Origin: Polyangium mundeleinium
GTDB taxonomy: Bacteria; Myxococcota_A; Polyangia; Polyangiales; Polyangiaceae
Direction: 5' to 3'
Length of the DNA: 64,000 nt
Assembly (NCBI RefSeq): GCF_028369105.1
Contig: NZ_JAQNDO010000001.1
Coordinates: forward strand, 1,843,711 to 1,907,710
The position numbers and the translations under genes were made by a program. A model generated the notes under the pieces. The model ran no database searches. It worked only from the letters and a program-made list of their open reading frames with translations, and had not been told where the DNA came from. Below are positions 10,755-20,434 of this stretch, piece by piece (position 1 is the first letter of the stretch; the number at the start of each line of letters is the position of its first letter).

Positions 10755-12635
10755 TTGGGGGAGACGCTCCGGCGAGCGGAGCTTGGCCCTCAAACCACCG
10801 TCCGAATGCAACAAATCTACGGAAACACCACGGGGCTGAGCCCCCACGCGGTTCGACTGCTCGAGCGTATCTATCGGCGCAAGGTCCCCCTCGATCACGT
10901 GGCCACGCCGGAGCTCGTCAAATCCCTCGCCGAGGCCTCGCACGTGACGGGGCGCCAGGTCGGCGCGCTCGTCCATCGATCGGGCGAGATCGACTACGTC
11001 GTCGTCGGTGACGCGACGAAGCTCATGCTCCCCGACATCGGCCGCCTGCGCGCCGCCGAGGGCCGCTTCCGCGCGCTCCGCCTCGTTCACACGCACCTCT
11101 ACAACGAGCAGCTCACGCGCGACGACATCGTCGACCTCGTGCGCCTGCGCCTCGACCTCGTGGCCGCGATCCAGCTCTCGCCCGAAGGCGAGGCGAAGAC
11201 GATGGATCTCGCGTACAACACGCCGCCATCCCCGGTTGCAGAGGGCGAGGATCCGCGAAATGGGTTGCCCTATCGGCGCGTGGGCCCGCTGCCCGTGGGC
11301 CGCATCGACATCCATTTCGGCGGGCTCATCAGCGCGCTCGAAGACGAGTTCGCCCGAAGGTCGCGCATCTTCACGCACGCGAAGGACGGCCGTGCGATCC
11401 TCGTGCACGTCGCGGAGAAGTCGAAGCAAGGCGCGTATGCGGAGGCCGAGGACAGCCTGCGCGAGCTCGCCGAGCTCTCGCGCACCGCGGGCGTCGAGGT
11501 CGTCGACAACGTCGTGCAGCTCCGCGAGAAGATCGACCCGCGCCTCGTCGTGGGGAAGGGCAAGCTCGACGACATCGTCTTGCGAGCGGCCGAGCTCGAC
11601 GCAGCGACCTTGGTCTTCGATCGCAACCTCACGCCTTCGCAGGCCTCCGCGATCTCCAAGCACGCCGACCTCAAGGTCATCGATCGGACGCAGCTCATCC
11701 TCGACATCTTCGCGCAGCGCGCCGAGTCCGCGGACGGCAAGCTCCAGGTCGAGCTCGCACAGCTCAAGTACGCCCTGCCGCGCCTCGCGTTGAAGGACGA
11801 CTCGCTCTCGCGCCTCACCGGCGGCATCGGCGGGCGTGGCCCCGGCGAAACCAAGCTCGAAATCGGGCGCCGCCGCGCCAAGGAGCGCGTCTCGTTCCTC
11901 GAAGCGCAGCTCAAAAAGCTCTCGCGTCAGCGCGAGCAGCGGCGCCGCAAGCGCGCGCGCAAGGACGTGCCGATCGTGAGCATCGTCGGCTACACGAACG
12001 CGGGCAAGAGCACGCTCCTGAACACGCTCACGGGCTCGGACACGATCGCGGAGAACAAGCTCTTCGCCACGCTCGACACGCGCTCGCGCCGGATCCGTTT
12101 TCCCGAAGAACGCGAGGTGATCATCACGGACACCGTGGGCTTCATCCGCGAGCTGCCGAAGGACCTGTTCGCCGCGTTCCGCGCCACGTTCGAGGAGGCC
12201 GCCGACGCGGACCTCATCCTGCACGTGGTCGACGCGAGCGACCCGGCCCACGACCAGCACATCGCGACGACCGAGGAGCTGCTCGGCGAGCTCGGGCTCT
12301 CGTCGATCCCGCGGATCCTGGTCTTCAACAAGGTCGACCTCGTCGAGAAGGGCGAGGCGCGGCGGCTGCTCTTCGGCAACAAGAGCGCGGTGCTCGTCTC
12401 CGCGACGAACCGCGAGACGACACGCGCGTTGCTCGCGACGATCGCCGATCGGCTGAAGGATCGGTGGGAGCAGGCGAGGACGGTGCCGGCCTACGACGTG
12501 GACGAGGACGAAGCGCAGGCAGGCGAGGGCGACGCCGCGGATGCGGCGCCTGCCGAGGAGGCGGAATCGTCGCTCACGACGCTCGCCGAGCTCACGGCGG
12601 GCAAGCGTTATCGGCGGACGACGTTGCGGGTTTGA
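10755..12635 (+). CDS. hflX: GTPase HflX with long N-terminal extension
   Basis: HflX N-domain and G-domain motifs VSIVGYTNAGKSTLLN and DTVGF are present. The ~190-aa N-terminal extension leaves the start uncertain (alternative ATG at 10806). Confidence 0.85.
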   Translation: MGETLRRAELGPQTTVRMQQIYGNTTGLSPHAVRLLERIYRRKVPLDHVATPELVKSLAEASHVTGRQVGALVHRSGEIDYVVVGDATKLMLPDIGRLRAAEGRFRALRLVHTHLYNEQLTRDDIVDLVRLRLDLVAAIQLSPEGEAKTMDLAYNTPPSPVAEGEDPRNGLPYRRVGPLPVGRIDIHFGGLISALEDEFARRSRIFTHAKDGRAILVHVAEKSKQGAYAEAEDSLRELAELSRTAGVEVVDNVVQLREKIDPRLVVGKGKLDDIVLRAAELDAATLVFDRNLTPSQASAISKHADLKVIDRTQLILDIFAQRAESADGKLQVELAQLKYALPRLALKDDSLSRLTGGIGGRGPGETKLEIGRRRAKERVSFLEAQLKKLSRQREQRRRKRARKDVPIVSIVGYTNAGKSTLLNTLTGSDTIAENKLFATLDTRSRRIRFPEEREVIITDTVGFIRELPKDLFAAFRATFEEAADADLILHVVDASDPAHDQHIATTEELLGELGLSSIPRILVFNKVDLVEKGEARRLLFGNKSAVLVSATNRETTRALLATIADRLKDRWEQARTVPAYDVDEDEAQAGEGDAADAAPAEEAESSLTTLAELTAGKRYRRTTLRV

Positions 12636-12642
12636 AAGGAAA

Positions 12643-12690
12643 AACGCGCGGGGGATTCGCTCCGTTTGCCGGAGCGGACCCCCGCGCGTT
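12643..12690. terminator. Bidirectional terminator hairpin between convergent hflX and the Cys-rich lipoprotein gene
   Basis: AACGCGCGGGGG...CCCCCGCGCGTT forms 12-bp arms with a nested GCTCCG/CGGAGC hairpin. Confidence 0.5.
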
Positions 12691-12697
12691 CATCACG

Positions 12698-13651
12698 TCA
12701 CGGCGCGCATTCGCCGGCCGTGCACACGTTGGAGATGCACTCGTCCGGCATATCGCAGGGCGTGCCGGCGAGCTTGAGGCAGGTCGTCGCGTCGCTGCAG
12801 GCTTCACCCGCACCGCACGCCGGATCGGGCGTGCCCGCCGGGACCGGCGTGCACATGCCGGCCGTGCCCGTGCCGTCGCACGCGAGGCAGAGCCCGTTGC
12901 ACGCGGTGTTGCAACAGACGCCGTCGGCGCAGAAGCCGCTCTGGCAAGCGTTCGCCGTCGCGCACGCCGCGCCGTTCGCGACCTTCGGCGCGCACGTGCC
13001 GCCGCCGTTGCAGTAGTTGCCGGCTGCGCAGTCCGCGTCGAGCGTGCAGGTCGTGCCGCAGGCGTTCCCGCTGCAGGCATAGGGCGCGCAGGCGACGTTG
13101 TCGTTCGCCTGGCACGTGCCTGTGCCGTCGCAGGTGTCGGGCTGGTTCGCGATGCCGTTCGCGCAGGACGCCGTGGCGTCTCCGCACGCCGTCCCGAGGG
13201 CCTCGTCCGTCACCTGCTCGCCGCCTGCGGCGTCGCACGTGTGCTGCTTGCAGTCGCCCGCCACCTCGTTCGACGACGGGCTACCTTGCGCCTTCGGCTC
13301 TTCGCCGCAGTTCTTGGTCGCGTCGCAGATCGCGATCACGCACGGGCCCGACGGCGGAGGGCAGTCGGCTGCAGGATCGACACACGTGCCGGTGCTGCCG
13401 CCTTGGCCACCTTGGCCACCTTGGCCGCCCTGACCACCTTGGCCGCCGACACCGCCAACGCCGCCTTGGCCACCGATGCCGCCTTGGCCACCGATGCCGC
13501 CCGTGCCGCCCGTGCCTCCCGTGCCGCCCTCGCCAATCGGGATCTTGTCGCGATCGACGGAAGCGACGAGCTCGCAGCCCGCGCCCACGGAGAGGGCGAC
13601 GCCCGTGCAGAACACGAGCGTTGCCCAGCTTCGAGTGCTCCGTGCTTTCAT
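12698..13651 (-). CDS. Secreted lipoprotein with Gly-rich (GGxGGxGG) tract and tandem Cys-rich repeats
   Basis: Signal plus lipobox SVGAGC. The GGTGGTGGIGGQGG tract is followed by more than 40 Cys in short CxxGxC spacings. Confidence 0.6.
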   Translation of the reverse strand: MKARSTRSWATLVFCTGVALSVGAGCELVASVDRDKIPIGEGGTGGTGGTGGIGGQGGIGGQGGVGGVGGQGGQGGQGGQGGQGGSTGTCVDPAADCPPPSGPCVIAICDATKNCGEEPKAQGSPSSNEVAGDCKQHTCDAAGGEQVTDEALGTACGDATASCANGIANQPDTCDGTGTCQANDNVACAPYACSGNACGTTCTLDADCAAGNYCNGGGTCAPKVANGAACATANACQSGFCADGVCCNTACNGLCLACDGTGTAGMCTPVPAGTPDPACGAGEACSDATTCLKLAGTPCDMPDECISNVCTAGECAP

Positions 13652-13658
13652 CGTGTGG

Positions 13659-14918
13659 TCAGAACTTGAACGACACGACGCCGCCGCCGCCCGTCGGACC
13701 GACGAAGGGCGCGACGACCGGCTTGTAGAGCTTGGTCGTGGCCGTCTGCTGGGCGGGCTTGTCATCGCCGCCGAACAGCAGCACGGCGCCGGTCACGCCG
13801 AACGTGAGCGCCACGGCGAACGACATGTCCGCGATGAGCGCGTTGCGATCGGTCTTGTCGGCGTTGTCGACCGTCGGGTTCGCTTCGAAGTCGCTCTTCG
13901 CGCCGAGCGCCGAGACGCCGAAGATCGTGCCGACGACTGCGCCCACACCCGCGAGGCCGAGCGTCACGTACGCGGGGACGTACGACTTCGGTGCGGCCGG
14001 CGGAGGCGGCGGGGGCGGCGGAGGCGGCGGGGGCGGCGGGGGCGGCGGAGGCGGCGGGGGCGGCGGAGGCTCGGCTTCGAGCGTCGGCGCCGGCAACTCC
14101 CTCGTCTCCCCGAAGGCGACCTCGACCTCTTGTGGCTGCGAGGTGATGAAGCCCTTCGCCGAGTAGACGAGCGTGTGCTTGCCCGGCTCGAGCTTCAGCT
14201 CGCCGGCGGGCGCGGGCTCCTTGCCGTCGACCGCGACCAGGAGGCCCGCGGCCGTCTCCGGCGTCGTGGCGATCTTGACCGTCGCAGGCGTCTTCTTGAG
14301 CGCCTCGATCTTGGCCTTCGCCTCGTTGACGCGGTCTTCCCACTTCTTGGGATCGAACTTCTTCTTCTTGTCGGCGGCCTGCTCGTCGATCGCCGCGAGG
14401 AAGCCCTGGTAGGCCGCGACGGCCTCCTGCACCTTGTTGAGCTTCTCGAGCGCGACAGCGACCTTGAACTTCGCGTTGAGGCCCGGGAGCGTCTCGTCGG
14501 CGGTCTTGTACGCGTCGAGCGCGGCCTGGAACTCGCCCTTCTCGAAGGCGGTGTCGCCGTCCTTCAGGGCCTGCGTCGCGATGTCCTTCTTCTGCTTGTC
14601 GGTGAGAGGCTTCGCCGGCTTCGCGGCGGCGGTCTTCTCGTCCTTCTTCGCAGGAGCGGCGGCGGCCTTGTCGTCCTTCTTCGCAGGAGCGGCGGCGGCC
14701 TTGTCGTCCTTCTTCGCGGGCGCCGCGGCAGCCGCGGCCTTGTCGTCCTTCTTGGCCGGCGCCGCCGCAGCAGGCTTCTTGTCCGCGGCGGGGGCGGCGG
14801 GCGCAGCGGCAGGAGCCTTCGCCTGCGCGTACGCCGCCGGAGACGCCGTGAGCGCCAACAGACTCGTGAGCACTGCTGCCGTGTGCAACGACGTCAGCCG
14901 GCCCGAACTCGATCGCAT
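13659..14918 (-). CDS. Secreted protein with AAPAKKDDK repeats, TPR-like segment, PEGA-like domain, 26-residue poly-Pro and C-terminal Phe
   Basis: Signal peptide ASPAAYA/QA. A run of 26 consecutive Pro codons lies at ~13997-14069. The C-terminus VVSFKF resembles an OM beta-barrel signature. Confidence 0.55.
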   Translation of the reverse strand: MRSSSGRLTSLHTAAVLTSLLALTASPAAYAQAKAPAAAPAAPAADKKPAAAAPAKKDDKAAAAAAPAKKDDKAAAAPAKKDDKAAAAPAKKDEKTAAAKPAKPLTDKQKKDIATQALKDGDTAFEKGEFQAALDAYKTADETLPGLNAKFKVAVALEKLNKVQEAVAAYQGFLAAIDEQAADKKKKFDPKKWEDRVNEAKAKIEALKKTPATVKIATTPETAAGLLVAVDGKEPAPAGELKLEPGKHTLVYSAKGFITSQPQEVEVAFGETRELPAPTLEAEPPPPPPPPPPPPPPPPPPPPPPPPAAPKSYVPAYVTLGLAGVGAVVGTIFGVSALGAKSDFEANPTVDNADKTDRNALIADMSFAVALTFGVTGAVLLFGGDDKPAQQTATTKLYKPVVAPFVGPTGGGGVVSFKF

Positions 14919-15053
14919 ATCTAAGCCCTCCTCACTCGTCTCTGCTCGACTCTCTGAGTTTCGCTGAATTAACTCGCGCTGCCTGCGCGACACAAGAGGT
15001 TTGAGCAGCGCGCGTCCTTGCACCCTCTCGGTGCCTCCCCCCTCCCGCGTGTG

Positions 15054-15659
15054 TCAGGGCTCCTCGCCCCGCTCCACCCACGCGGGAAAACGAAGCTTCG
15101 CGTCCAGAGCAAACCCCTTCACGGCCTCGGCCATCCGCCCCGCGCGCTCCCCCCGCGGCAGCCGGGCCCGCAGGCCTTCGAGCGCCCCGAGGAACCGCCC
15201 GAACCGCGGATCGCCGAAGAGCGCTTCCAGGTCCTCGCGGATGCGCCGCGCCACCCCCGGGCTCGTGCCGCCGGTCGCGAACGTCATTGTGAGGCCATGG
15301 GCCCGGGCGACTGCCGGGTTCACGAACGTCGACAGTTCCGGCCTGTCGAGCGTGCACACGAGCCGCCCCTCCGCGACCCCGCGGGCGTGAAATGGCGCTG
15401 CGCGGCCGTCCTCCGAGGTGGCCACGAAGACGATGGCCTTGCCGTCGACGTCGCCCGTTGACGGCTCCCTCCGCTGCAAGTCGAGCCGCCCTTCCGCCGA
15501 AAGCGCCTCGATCGCCGGATCGACCTCCCCCGGCGCGACGACCACGACCCGCGCTCCCGCGGCGAGCAGCCGCTCCACCTTGGGCACGATCTCCGCGCTC
15601 GCCCCGACCACGAGCGCCAGGCGCCCCTGCACATCCACTTCGACCGGCAAGTACCGCAC
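15054..15659 (-). CDS. Precorrin-2 dehydrogenase / sirohydrochlorin ferrochelatase (CysG N-terminal/Met8-like)
   Basis: Rossmann motif LALVVGAS and overall siroheme-synthase N-domain similarity. Confidence 0.7.
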   Translation of the reverse strand: MRYLPVEVDVQGRLALVVGASAEIVPKVERLLAAGARVVVVAPGEVDPAIEALSAEGRLDLQRREPSTGDVDGKAIVFVATSEDGRAAPFHARGVAEGRLVCTLDRPELSTFVNPAVARAHGLTMTFATGGTSPGVARRIREDLEALFGDPRFGRFLGALEGLRARLPRGERAGRMAEAVKGFALDAKLRFPAWVERGEEP

Positions 15660-15787
15660 GAATTCCGTTTACCACAAGTCCTTGTTGTAGATGCTTTGTA
15701 CAATGTTTGGTAATGTTGTACAAAATGTAACTTGACACGGGGGCTGGGAATCCATCAGTCTTTGTTCAATGTTGACGTGACGTTGCG
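15660..15787. promoter_or_regulatory. AT-rich divergent intergenic control region with two TTGTACAA palindromes, TGTT repeats and TTGACA/TTGAC boxes
   Basis: The sequence is ~45% GC in a 70% GC genome. Palindromes were read from the sequence. Confidence 0.4.
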
Positions 15788-18103
15788 ATGTTTGTCGAGT
15801 GTTGTGCGCGGCGACGATCGGCGCGTGGGGCGCCGGCGAGAGCACGGAGGTCGGTCGTGGAGATGAGCGTGACGATGCCGGCGGCGGGGATGGCAGGGAC
15901 GCCCGAACGGATCCCGGGCGCCGCGTTCCGAGCTGCGGCGGCCCTGCACCTGCAACGAAACACGCACCTCTCACGCGAAGCCCTCGCGCGGGACCTGCGC
16001 GATCGGCTCGCGCGGCGCGGGATTCGCTACCACCTGCGCACGCTGAAGCGGCAGCTCTCGGGGGCGGTCGCGACGGTGCCGCCCGAGGTCGACCGCGCGC
16101 TGCGAGAGGCGATCGCCGAGGTGGGAGGCGAGGACGCGATCGCCGCAGTCGAGCGTGCCCTCGTCGAGGCCGGGCTCGCGGGCGCGTCCTCGGCCACGGC
16201 GCCCACGTACATCGTCTGCGAGCGGATGCTGCCGCTCGCCCAGCTCTGGCTCTACCTGCACCCCGAGCGATCGAAGCGTGCGCTCGCTTTTCGCCTGCGC
16301 GAGGAGCTCGAGCGGAGCGGGATCCGCCTCAACGTCGACTCGCTCCAGAGCATCCTCGCCGGTAAGCAGAGGCTCGTGCGGCGCGAGATCCAGGACGCGC
16401 TCTTCGCGCTCCTGCGCCACGATGGCGTGACGTCGTCGGCCGACGCCGAGGCGCGCATCGACGCGATGTCGCGCGAGATCCTCGGCGCGCAGGAGGGCCG
16501 GGTCTTCGAGAGCGCGCGCCGGATCCACGAGCTCGCGAAGGCGTGGAAGGTCGAGCACAAGGAGCCGTCGTCACGCAGGCTCGCGCTCTTGCTCAAGGAG
16601 CGGCTCGCCGAGCGAGGGGTCGTGATCGGCCTGCCGCACGTGCAGAAGCTCGTCGACGGGCGCGCGCGTCGCGTGCGGCATGCAATGTCGAGGGCGATCG
16701 AGTCGATCCTGCGCGGAGACGCGGCGTCTGTGGTGATCGAGGCGCCCGCCACGAAGGACGGGCCGCCCACGGGCGTCGAGCTGGATCTCGCCTGGGTGAA
16801 GGCCGCGCCCATCGCCGAGCTCGCCCGCAAGCACGTGGCCGAGAACCCGGGCATGACGATGCGCAAGCTCGCGATCCGCATTTCGCGTGAGGTCGAGGCA
16901 TTCGGCTACGTCACGAGCCCGAACACGATCCAGCCGATCCTTGGGGGTCATAAGAAGAAGACGCGCGGCTTCATCTACCGCGCCATGCTCCACCTCGACG
17001 GCGTCGCGCCGACGCGCGTGCCCGAGGAGCACGTCTTCGGGGCGCCGCACGGCGAGCGCTCGACCGAGCCTCCACCCTCGGCGGATCCACCGCTCGACGC
17101 CGAGTCACGCCCGCGGAGTCATCTCGCCCCAAAAGCATCGAGCCCTGACGGGGCTGCCCGCAAGCCGCGCCCCGAGGGCCTCGGTTCGAGCCCGGCGGCG
17201 CAGTCCCCGTTCGGGGCGTATCGCGCGGCGATCCGGCGGTATCAGGTGCTCGATCGTGAGACCGAGCTCGATCTCGCCTGGCGGTACCGGCGCGAGGGCG
17301 ATCACGCGGCCGCGAACACGCTCGTGGAGAGCCACCTGCAATTCGTGGTGAAGGTGGCCGCGCAGTACCGAGGTTACGGCATGCAGCTCTCCGACCTCGT
17401 GGAGGAGGGCAACCTCGGCCTGCTCGAAGCGGTCCGACGGTTCGAGCCGTCGCGCAACCTGCGCTTCAAGACGTACGCGGTCTACTGGATCCGCGCCTAT
17501 ATCGTGGACCACTTGCTCCGCGAGTGGAGCATGGTCGGCGGCGGGACGGGGCCGCTCGTGTCGCGCACGTTTTTCCGGCTGCGGCGCGAGCGGGCCAAGC
17601 TCGAAATGCAGCTCGGCGAGGGCGACGCCTCGATCGACACGTTGCTCGCGACCCGGTTCCAGACGACGGAGGACGCGATCCGATCGATGTCGCAGCGGGT
17701 CGCGTCGCGCGACACCTCGCTCGACGCGCAGGCGCGAATGGAGGGCGGGCCGACGCTGCTGGAGATGCTGCGCGATCCGTCGTCGGATCCGGAGCACCTC
17801 ACGGCGAGCGCGGAGCGCGACGCGTTCGTCCGCGGCGTGGTGGGCCGCGTGTGGAAGGCGCTCGACCCACGCGAGCGGCTCATCGTGGAGGAGCGGCTGC
17901 TCTCGGACGACGACGAGGTGAGCCTCGCGGATCTCGGCCGTCGTCTCGGCGTCTCGCGCGAGCGCATGCGGCAGCTCGAAGCGCGTACGAAGTCGAAGCT
18001 TCGCAGCGCGTTCGAGGCCGTCGTGCGCGAAGGCAGCGAGGCTGCCGAGGTGCTGCTCGCGGCGACGCAACCCGAGCCCGAGATCGAAGCGCTCTGCGCT
18101 TGA
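15788..18103 (+). CDS. RpoH-like sigma-70 family factor with ~480-aa N-terminal extension built from four ~55-aa repeats
   Basis: The C-terminal 290 aa carry sigma regions 2-4 (VESHLQFVVKVAAQYRGYG...EEGNLGLLEAVRRFEP). The N-terminus shows four repeats of LAxRLREELERRGIR..L..L.G. Alternative start at 15863. Confidence 0.85.
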   Translation: MFVECCARRRSARGAPARARRSVVEMSVTMPAAGMAGTPERIPGAAFRAAAALHLQRNTHLSREALARDLRDRLARRGIRYHLRTLKRQLSGAVATVPPEVDRALREAIAEVGGEDAIAAVERALVEAGLAGASSATAPTYIVCERMLPLAQLWLYLHPERSKRALAFRLREELERSGIRLNVDSLQSILAGKQRLVRREIQDALFALLRHDGVTSSADAEARIDAMSREILGAQEGRVFESARRIHELAKAWKVEHKEPSSRRLALLLKERLAERGVVIGLPHVQKLVDGRARRVRHAMSRAIESILRGDAASVVIEAPATKDGPPTGVELDLAWVKAAPIAELARKHVAENPGMTMRKLAIRISREVEAFGYVTSPNTIQPILGGHKKKTRGFIYRAMLHLDGVAPTRVPEEHVFGAPHGERSTEPPPSADPPLDAESRPRSHLAPKASSPDGAARKPRPEGLGSSPAAQSPFGAYRAAIRRYQVLDRETELDLAWRYRREGDHAAANTLVESHLQFVVKVAAQYRGYGMQLSDLVEEGNLGLLEAVRRFEPSRNLRFKTYAVYWIRAYIVDHLLREWSMVGGGTGPLVSRTFFRLRRERAKLEMQLGEGDASIDTLLATRFQTTEDAIRSMSQRVASRDTSLDAQARMEGGPTLLEMLRDPSSDPEHLTASAERDAFVRGVVGRVWKALDPRERLIVEERLLSDDDEVSLADLGRRLGVSRERMRQLEARTKSKLRSAFEAVVREGSEAAEVLLAATQPEPEIEALCA

Positions 18104-18220
18104 GATCGCCTCACGTCGACGCAACGTGCCTCGCGCGTTGGGGCACGCAAAAAGAATCAATGGCACCGCCTATCGACCGAGAATGACCCACGGCGTCGAC
18201 GGGCCGCACCCGTGGCGCGC

Positions 18221-18904
18221 CTACGGCTTCTTCTCGGGCGGCGGCGGGTTCGGCGGGGCAAACACCTGCGTCCGGAACGCGAGCTTTCGATCCGCGTCGC
18301 CGATCCGCGCGACGAAGAGACCCACGAACGATCCGAAGAGCGAGTCGCCGGGCCCGATCGCGGCCGAGCCGTTCGGGCGCGTCACCCAGCGCTTGATGCG
18401 ATCCTGCGTCTCCTGGCTGATCGGGTTCACCTCGACGAGCCCGGCCACGAAATACCGGCCGTTGTCTTCGAGCTGCGAGCGCTCGATCATGCGTAGCTTC
18501 CGGGCCTCGGCGCACTGGCGCAAGACGCCCTCGATGTTGACGGCGACCGTATCGACGAGCCCGCCCGGCTGCGTGATCTGCAGGCGAAAGACCTCGTCCC
18601 AAAGATCGTAGACGACGCGGCACGTCTTCGCCGTGAGCGCGACGGGCTCGGTGCCCCCGTCACGGAAGATCCAGGCGCGGAGCACGATCACCGTGGGCAA
18701 GCCGCTCGAGAGCTTCTTCTCGATCTCCGCGTCGACCACGTCGCGGAAGGGCACGCTGAGGACGGCCTGCTTGCCCTCCAGCGCGACGACTGCGTTCCTC
18801 GTCGGCAGGGCCGCCGGGGTCTTCGGCGGCTCCGCGCGCACGGTCACGGCCGGTGCGGTCAGGGCGGCGAGGGCCAGCGCGAAGAGCGCCGCCCGCCGGG
18901 TCAT
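18221..18904 (-). CDS. Small secreted/periplasmic protein
   Basis: Signal peptide AVTVRA/EP. Its ATG abuts the Omp85 stop (stop 18901-18903, start 18902-18904), suggesting an operon. Confidence 0.5.
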   Translation of the reverse strand: MTRRAALFALALAALTAPAVTVRAEPPKTPAALPTRNAVVALEGKQAVLSVPFRDVVDAEIEKKLSSGLPTVIVLRAWIFRDGGTEPVALTAKTCRVVYDLWDEVFRLQITQPGGLVDTVAVNIEGVLRQCAEARKLRMIERSQLEDNGRYFVAGLVEVNPISQETQDRIKRWVTRPNGSAAIGPGDSLFGSFVGLFVARIGDADRKLAFRTQVFAPPNPPPPEKKP

Positions 18905-20394
18905 TTGCGTGCACCGTTGCGCGCGGCGACGAGCCCGAGCACGTTCGAAAACGCGACCGTCACGCCGCCGAGCTTCGTGTCGAGACGCAAGCCGAGGTTG
19001 CCCGTGACGTCGACCGGCAGGCGCGACCAACCACGGTACCCCGTTGGCGGATCCGTGAACTCGCGGCGCGTCGCCACCGAATAAATGCCCGCCGACGCGA
19101 AGAGGTCCACGCCGTAGACCGACTCGCGCCCCGTGTAGAGCGGGATCCGATACTCGCCCTCGATCTTCGCGGCGAAATTGCCGTAACGGACCTCGATGAT
19201 GTCCGTGCCGAGCAAGTTCGGCGGCTGCCTCCGATCCGGCGCGAGCGCGAGCAGGCGATCGGGCAGGAGGTCGGTGAAATCTCCGACGTAAAACTGTTCG
19301 AAGAAGGGCGCGTCGCCCGCGATCGCGCCCACGTACGCGTCGAACCTCACGACGTGCCGCCACGGCAGGCGCCACCAGCGCCGCAGCGTCCCCTCGAACT
19401 TCTGGAAGCTGTAATCGGTGCCCGGGATCCCGACGGTCACGGACGCCTGCGCGTGTGTCCCGCGCGCGGTCAGGAACGGCGCGTCGCGCGTGTCGTACGT
19501 CAGCGTGCCGCGCACCGTCGAGAGCACGCTGCGGCCGGGCCGGATGGAGAAATCGACCGGCTCGCGCGAGAGCCCGCGCATGTGCGAGGCCGCGACGGGC
19601 ACGGTCGCGTCGATCTGTTCGAGGTGGTAGTCGAGCGCGAAGGACGAGGAGACGCCGAGGTCGTGGCCGGTGCCGATCGTGGCGCCGAAGCGGCGGTAGG
19701 CGACGACCGCGTAGTCCGTCACCTCGCGCTGCGCGATGAGCGGCGCTTCGAAGAGGACGTCGCGGTTGCCGAAGAAGTCGCGCGCGTCGTTGTAGAGCAC
19801 GGTGATCGCGGCTGACCAGCCCGTCCCGACGAACGAGGGATCGACGAAGCTCGTGCGCAGCGCGAACTGATCAGCGGCGAGCGCGACGCCCGCGCCGAGC
19901 GTGATCCCCGTGCCCGCGAGGTTCGTCTCGGCCACCTGCACGCCGAGGAACGCCGAGAGCGGGCGCGCATTTCCGGCCGTGTCTTCATCCGCGGCGACGC
20001 CGGCCCAGAGGTTCTGCACGACGAGCGTGTTGCGCTCGACGACCTCGATGATGAGCACGGCGGCGCCGCGCCGCGACCCCTTGCGCAAGCTGAGATCCAC
20101 CTGCGCGAAAAAACCCGTGCCGAGGAGCCGGTAGCGCGTGAGCTCGAGCTCCGGGTCGTCGACGTCGAGCACATCCCCCGCGCGGAACTTCACGTAGCGA
20201 AGGACGACGCGCCCTGCGGTGCGGACGTTGCCGCGCAGCTCGATCCCTTCGAGCGTGTAGCGGAGGCGGGCCCGTTGCTGCGGCTCCGGCGGCGTGGTCG
20301 TGCTCGGCGACGGCGGATCGGCAGCCGCGGCGAGGGCCGGCGTCGCCACGACGGCGAGGGCGGAGAGCCAGACGAGCGATCGCGCGCCGATCAC
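18901..20394 (-). CDS. Omp85/BamA-family outer-membrane beta-barrel with one POTRA domain
   Basis: A signal peptide and a single POTRA-like domain precede a surface-antigen barrel. Confidence 0.8.
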   Translation of the reverse strand: MIGARSLVWLSALAVVATPALAAAADPPSPSTTTPPEPQQRARLRYTLEGIELRGNVRTAGRVVLRYVKFRAGDVLDVDDPELELTRYRLLGTGFFAQVDLSLRKGSRRGAAVLIIEVVERNTLVVQNLWAGVAADEDTAGNARPLSAFLGVQVAETNLAGTGITLGAGVALAADQFALRTSFVDPSFVGTGWSAAITVLYNDARDFFGNRDVLFEAPLIAQREVTDYAVVAYRRFGATIGTGHDLGVSSSFALDYHLEQIDATVPVAASHMRGLSREPVDFSIRPGRSVLSTVRGTLTYDTRDAPFLTARGTHAQASVTVGIPGTDYSFQKFEGTLRRWWRLPWRHVVRFDAYVGAIAGDAPFFEQFYVGDFTDLLPDRLLALAPDRRQPPNLLGTDIIEVRYGNFAAKIEGEYRIPLYTGRESVYGVDLFASAGIYSVATRREFTDPPTGYRGWSRLPVDVTGNLGLRLDTKLGGVTVAFSNVLGLVAARNGARK

Positions 20395-20434
20395 GTGCTT
20401 CGTCCGCTGCCCCGCGACATCGCCCGGCGTGCGC

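Noticed and set aside
13997-14069. G-rich GGCGGMGG tandem repeat, which could be mistaken for a noncoding minisatellite or CRISPR-like repeat
   Set aside because: It is the reverse complement of 26 in-frame Pro codons inside a well-defined secreted protein gene. It has no spacer/repeat organisation.
12464-14924. Plus-strand ORFs (12464-13669, 13476-14924) with Arg/Gly/Ala low complexity
   Set aside because: They are antisense to the Cys/Gly-repeat lipoprotein and the poly-Pro protein. The poly-Gly and poly-Arg reads are the reverse complement of Pro/Ala codons.
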